Below, one piece after another: positions 59,375-64,000 of a stretch of DNA of 64,000 nucleotides. Source of the DNA: Pedosphaera sp. (GTDB taxonomy: Bacteria; Verrucomicrobiota; Verrucomicrobiia; Limisphaerales; SIBH01); the NCBI GenBank assembly GCA_031414955.1, contig JANOQV010000065.1:9958-73957 (forward strand), in the 5' to 3' direction. Positions within the stretch are counted from its first letter, which is position 1. Every line of letters starts with the position of its first letter. The notes under the pieces were generated by a model. It did not search any database, had not been told where the DNA came from, and saw only the letters and a program-made list of their open reading frames with translations. The position numbers were made by a program, and so were the translations under genes.

Positions 59375-62300
59375 TGCCGCAGGGTTCCTTGTGCGCTGAC
59401 CGTCGGCTTCGCGCTGGCCTTGATTTCATCCCACGACGGCGCATGCCAGAGGTGCAGGACACCTTCGTCATTCAGAGCACCAAGCCAATTGCCGTCGTGC
59501 GAAAATGCGGCCTTCCAAAAAAGTGACCCTTGACCTTCCAATGTCATCAGTTCCTGCCAGCTTTCCGTGTCCCACAACTTGATTGCCTCCTCTCCATCGC
59601 TTCCGACTGCCAACCGGGATCCATCAGGCGAGAAAGTTACGGAGTGAACTCCTTGCAGAAACCCGCCAAGCCGGGCGATCCGCTGGAGAGTCTTTGTTTC
59701 CCACACTTCCGCGAATCCCTTTTGACTCGCGATGGCAAACCGGCACCCGTCTGCTGAAAACGCCGTGCCCACAAGTTGCCCTGCTCCCGGATGTACGTCT
59801 GCCGAGCGCCCGCTGGTTAGATTTAAGAGCGTTGCGTGCGCCTCCCATCCGGCAGTCAGACACCACTTCGCATCCGCCGAGAGGGCAATGGCCTGGGCGC
59901 GAGGTACACCTCGTCCTAATCGAGTTTCCCTTCGTGACTTCCAATCCCATGCGTACACGGCCTCATCATCGTGGTAACTCGTGACGATGCGGTGTGGTTG
60001 CGCCGAAGAGTCGGAGGGCACTGCAAAAAACTCGAACGCTGCATCTCCCGGTTGTCGCGCCGCAAACTGGCTTAACAATCGCCGCTGTGGCAAATCCCAA
60101 ACTCGGACGACACCGTTGCTCGTGATGGTGGCGACGCAATTGCCATCACGCGCGAGACGGGCATAAGCGAAGTCGCTGCCCACATTCCATAGCGGTTCTC
60201 TCTCTTGAAAGGCAGGGCCTTTCCACCGGGACACGCCGCCTGTCCGATCAACCGTCAGGAGCGAATCGCCATCTGGACTAAAAGACCATGCTGACTGCCA
60301 GCCCGGCAGCGTGACATACGTTTTTGGGTTCCGAATGTGTGACGTGTCCCAGACGCTTACCGAGCCATCTTTGCACCCGCTGACCAGCGTCTTTCCGTCC
60401 GGGAGCAGGGCCAGTCGCCACACTTCGAGCAGGTGACCTCGCAGGAGGCCTGCCGGTTCGCGGCGTGACACATTCCACAAGCGAATAGTCTGATCACTGC
60501 TGGCCGACGCGAGCGTCTGCCCATCCGGCAGGAAGATCAATGAGCCAACCCACCCACGGTGCCCAAGCAACGGACCGATCTGCCTTCCGGTGGCGGCGTC
60601 CCACAGGCGAATCGTGGAATCAGTGTAGCCAGCGCCCGAAGCAACGATTCGTCCATCCGGCGAGAACGCCAGCGCCGTAACCCGTTCCTCAGTTGCTCGC
60701 GCCGTCCATAACTCCTTTCCGGTAGCCAGGTTCATCACACTGATGTCAGTCCTGCGGGCACAGTGGGCTGCCAAAGTCAGGTCGCGATTCACGGCGAAGG
60801 CGGTTCCCGACGAGGAATACCAAGGGTCTCGGACGGGAACGCTGGTGAGCTTTTTCTTGTCGGCGAGTCTCCAAGTCACAAGCTGGCTGTCTGGAAATTG
60901 CGTGGCGGCGAGCAAAGTTTGTCCGTCGGGTGCAAATGCCAATCCACGGCAAATTCCATTCACCGGAAATTCCGCAACCACCTGGCCCGCCGCTCCGTCC
61001 CAAAGAAACACCGTGTGGAGCGCATTGGATTGCGAACCATTCCAGCTGGAGAAAGCAAGCAAGCGACCTTTGGGCGAGAAGGCGGCGATTACCTGGCCCT
61101 TACCGGCTGGGAGCCGGACCACCGCCTGACGCGTCCGCAGATCCCAAACCGCCAATTCGCCCTTGTCATACCCTCCAACCGCCAATAACTCCCCGTCGTG
61201 AGAAGCGGCAAGAGAGGATATGGCTCCCTCCTTGCACAAAGTGAAGGTGGCGTCGCTCCGGCAATACTGCCACAGGTACCGCCACTCCCATCCCCGCAAA
61301 TCGCGCTGGCCCTCGTTCGGGATCTGTCGATTCAACAATTCTTGGGCGCGGCCAAGATTGTTCTGCACGAGTGACTGGCGCCCTAGGCTCATGTCCGAGG
61401 CGTAGGCTTTCTGGCGGGCGGCCAACTCTCCTTTCTCCGCTCGCTGGCGTTCATGATTGATGCGCCAAGCCGCGATCGGTGAACCGACGGCGACGGCAAC
61501 CAGAAGAATGACGGTCGCAAGACCCAGGCCCGCGATGGCTGGTTTACGCCGGCACCAGCGCCAGATTTTTTCCGGCGCGCTCACGGGACGCGAGTGGATT
61601 GTTTCGCCGCGTACGAAGCGCCCAAGTTCTTCAGCCAGTTCTTGCGCGGATTCAAATCGCTTGCCGGGTTCCTTCTCCAAACACTTCAGGCAAATCGTTT
61701 CCAGATCCGCCGGGATGGCGGGAATCAAAAGGCGCGGCGCGATGGGTTCCTTGCTCTCCACTTGTTGCAGCGTGTCGGCGACAGACTGGCCCACGAACGG
61801 CGCGCGCCCCGTGAGCGCGTGATAGAGAATCGCGCCCAACGAATACACGTCGCTCGCCGGTCCCATTTTGCCCCGCTCGCCCAACGCCTGCTCTGGCGGC
61901 ATAAAACTCGGCGAACCCATCACTTGCCCCGTCAGCGTCAGTTCGGAGTCGTTCGCCAGATTCTTGGCCAGGCCGAAGTCCGTCACACGCGGTTGGTCGT
62001 TCGAGTCGATCAACACGTTCGATGGCTTGAGGTCCCGGTGAAGTATTCGTCTCGTGTGCGCGAAGTGGATGGCTTCGGCGATGGTCTTCACGTAGCCCGC
62101 CGCGCGTTTCGCAGTCAGCGGCTGGTCGCGGACGAGTTGCGCAAGGTCCGGCCCATCCACAAAATCCATCGCGAAGTAATGCTGACCCTGATGCACACCG
62201 ACTTCGTGGATCGCCACGATGTTCGGATGCTGCAAGCTCGCCGCCGCCGAAGCCTCGATGCGAAACCGGTGGATGAATTCCTCGCTCGCGTACTGACCCA

Positions 62301-62544
62301 GCAGCAACAGCTTCACCGCCACGATGCGGTCCAAACTTTTCTGCCGTGCGCGATAAACGATGCCCATGCCGCCCCGCGCGATTTCCTCCAGCAGTTCGTA
62401 ATCGCCGAAGCTCCGGGGCAGAGCGCAGGTTTCGCTGGGGCCGGGGGCTGAGACTGTGCTCAGAGCGCAACGCGGGCAGAGTCCTTTGGGCAGACCGTCC
62501 GGAAGTTCGCTTCCGCATTCGGGGCAATGCTTATTGCTGCTCAT
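59371..62544 (-). CDS. Ser/Thr kinase with N-terminal CxxC pair, TM helix and WD40 repeats (kinase C)
   Basis: CPEC...CPRC; same kinase motifs as kinase B; divergent WD40 region. Confidence 0.95.
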   Translation of the reverse strand: MSSNKHCPECGSELPDGLPKGLCPRCALSTVSAPGPSETCALPRSFGDYELLEEIARGGMGIVYRARQKSLDRIVAVKLLLLGQYASEEFIHRFRIEASAAASLQHPNIVAIHEVGVHQGQHYFAMDFVDGPDLAQLVRDQPLTAKRAAGYVKTIAEAIHFAHTRRILHRDLKPSNVLIDSNDQPRVTDFGLAKNLANDSELTLTGQVMGSPSFMPPEQALGERGKMGPASDVYSLGAILYHALTGRAPFVGQSVADTLQQVESKEPIAPRLLIPAIPADLETICLKCLEKEPGKRFESAQELAEELGRFVRGETIHSRPVSAPEKIWRWCRRKPAIAGLGLATVILLVAVAVGSPIAAWRINHERQRAEKGELAARQKAYASDMSLGRQSLVQNNLGRAQELLNRQIPNEGQRDLRGWEWRYLWQYCRSDATFTLCKEGAISSLAASHDGELLAVGGYDKGELAVWDLRTRQAVVRLPAGKGQVIAAFSPKGRLLAFSSWNGSQSNALHTVFLWDGAAGQVVAEFPVNGICRGLAFAPDGQTLLAATQFPDSQLVTWRLADKKKLTSVPVRDPWYSSSGTAFAVNRDLTLAAHCARRTDISVMNLATGKELWTARATEERVTALAFSPDGRIVASGAGYTDSTIRLWDAATGRQIGPLLGHRGWVGSLIFLPDGQTLASASSDQTIRLWNVSRREPAGLLRGHLLEVWRLALLPDGKTLVSGCKDGSVSVWDTSHIRNPKTYVTLPGWQSAWSFSPDGDSLLTVDRTGGVSRWKGPAFQEREPLWNVGSDFAYARLARDGNCVATITSNGVVRVWDLPQRRLLSQFAARQPGDAAFEFFAVPSDSSAQPHRIVTSYHDDEAVYAWDWKSRRETRLGRGVPRAQAIALSADAKWCLTAGWEAHATLLNLTSGRSADVHPGAGQLVGTAFSADGCRFAIASQKGFAEVWETKTLQRIARLGGFLQGVHSVTFSPDGSRLAVGSDGEEAIKLWDTESWQELMTLEGQGSLFWKAAFSHDGNWLGALNDEGVLHLWHAPSWDEIKASAKPTVSAQGTLRQ

Positions 62545-64000
62545 GGGATGCCAGGCACGCCGGCTTGCGGCCGCTGTAGATGCCGAAGATGCCGTTCCGG
62601 TAATGGCAGTCCACTTCAACGAATCCCGCCACTCGGAGCGCCTTCAATTGGGATCCGAGCGTCGCATATTTGTTATCCGGGTTGTTCCAGGCTTCTTCCG
62701 GCACCTCGCGGCTAGAGCGCGGCGGGCAGTGCCGGGCTTCGGCTTCGAGAATCTGCTCGCGCCAAAGTTCGAGCATCCATCCATTCAATACTTCGTGGTC
62801 CGGTAGTGTGATGTCGATGTTCATGAACCAGCCGCCGGGCTGAAGTTGGTCGATCAGCCGCTGGAACAAAACGGACTTCTCGGCATGATGCACATGGTGA
62901 ATCGCAAACGATGACGCGATGAAATCAAATGGTCCCAGTCGCACGTCCCGGCGGATGATCGCATCGAACGCAGCCACTTCGTAAGAGGTGTTGGTGCGTT
63001 CGCCCAATCGATCCCGGGTCGTGGCCAAAGCTTCCGCCGAGCCATCCACCAGCGTCAGATCAATCGTCGAATCCACCGTGAGTAGCGCCGCCGCCAGTAC
63101 ACCGTCGCCGCAGCCCAGATCGCAGACCCGAACGCGCCGTCGTCCGGCGAAATGATGACGAAAAAACGAACCCAGCACTTGGAACAAACGCCACCGATCC
63201 GGGATGACGTAATCAGCGATCTCACGATACCGGTGGACGTAGCTTTTATCAGCCCATTGTAGCTCGGGGAAACTGGTCACAGTCGTAGGGCGGGCCAGAA
63301 TCGGTTCCCCATTCTCGAATCGCGTCAATTCTTCTGCCACCAACAACGCGGACGAGTATCGATCCGCCTGATCCTTCTCCAGGCATTTGAGGCAGATCGT
63401 TTCCAAATCGAGCGGAACGGAACAGTTCAGCAACCGTGGTGGAATTGGTTCCTGCGTTTCCACCTGGTGAAGCGTCTCAGACACGGAACTGCCTCCAAAC
63501 GGCGGTCGTCCCGTCAACAAATGGTAAAGCGTCGCTCCGAGTGAGTACACGTCGCTGCGGACATCGGTCTTCCCGCGCGCGCCGCTGGCCTGCTCCGGCG
63601 GCATGTAGCCCGGTGAACCCATCACCTGGCCAGAGAGCGTGAGACTGGAATCGCCATCCATCTGCCGCGCCAAACCAAAATCCGTCACGCGCGGTTGGTC
63701 CTTCGAGTCAATCAGCACATTGGATGGTTTGAGGTCGCGGTGCAGGATGCCCTGCTCGTGCGCGTAGTGAATCGCTTCGGCAATGATCTGGACGTAAGTG
63801 GCAGCACGCTTGGCGGGGAGCGGCTGGTCGCGGACGAGCTCCGACAGATTCGGCCCGTCCACAAAATCCATCACGAGAAAATGCTGCCCGTCGTGAACGC
63901 CGACTTCGTGAATGGCGACGATGTTTGGATGATGCAGGCTGCCAGCGGACACGGCCTCCATTTTGAACCGGCGAATCAAATCGTCGCCCGACAGCGATCC
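62531..64000 (-). CDS. Ser/Thr kinase fused to a class I SAM-dependent methyltransferase, 5' end outside window
   Basis: HRDLKPSN, TDFG, YMPPEQ, then VCDLGCGDG, LVDGS, FDFIASSFAIHH, LQPGG in one frame. Confidence 0.88.
   Translation of the reverse strand, partial: GSLSGDDLIRRFKMEAVSAGSLHHPNIVAIHEVGVHDGQHFLVMDFVDGPNLSELVRDQPLPAKRAATYVQIIAEAIHYAHEQGILHRDLKPSNVLIDSKDQPRVTDFGLARQMDGDSSLTLSGQVMGSPGYMPPEQASGARGKTDVRSDVYSLGATLYHLLTGRPPFGGSSVSETLHQVETQEPIPPRLLNCSVPLDLETICLKCLEKDQADRYSSALLVAEELTRFENGEPILARPTTVTSFPELQWADKSYVHRYREIADYVIPDRWRLFQVLGSFFRHHFAGRRRVRVCDLGCGDGVLAAALLTVDSTIDLTLVDGSAEALATTRDRLGERTNTSYEVAAFDAIIRRDVRLGPFDFIASSFAIHHVHHAEKSVLFQRLIDQLQPGGWFMNIDITLPDHEVLNGWMLELWREQILEAEARHCPPRSSREVPEEAWNNPDNKYATLGSQLKALRVAGFVEVDCHYRNGIFGIYSGRKPACLASHEQQ

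Noticed and set aside
52039..62544. Diversity-generating retroelement explanation for repeated blocks
   Set aside because: No reverse transcriptase in the window; differences between copies are not adenine-specific and the repeats are ordinary paralogous coding regions

Overview
GC-rich bacterial chromosomal window. Gene content and protein style suggest Verrucomicrobiota (probably a Pedosphaera/Limisphaera-like lineage; this is inference). No rRNA, tRNA, CRISPR array, transposase or integrase was seen. A housekeeping backbone (asd, argB, argJ, argC remnant, leuB, ftsK, slyX, PPi-type pfk, orphan nuoA, phosphohexomutase, anmK, fluC/crcB, folC) is interrupted by accessory blocks encoding large exported proteins. 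Most notable: (1) an ECF sigma factor + membrane Ser/Thr kinase-WD40 + giant exported beta-helix protein cassette lying between argC and argJ, with a near-identical 30-bp motif (TTGAAAGAATCC-N9-CGGCTTACC) just upstream of both the sigma gene and the exported-protein gene; (2) a kinase array at 48-64 kb with near-identical kinase domains but unrelated outputs (two divergent WD40 sensors, one methyltransferase fusion), a duplicated GNAT gene and a second duplicated promoter-like motif; (3) a shared C-terminal L[EQ]xSx[DN]L...W...F[YF]R domain on five exported proteins, a candidate sorting signal; (4) several families of palindromic and heptamer repeats, many inserted in frame inside genes; (5) a tandem duplication anchored on the 3' end of asd, an unannotated 40-aa basic protein, and many apparently leaderless promoters. 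All product calls come from motif recognition by eye, without database searches.
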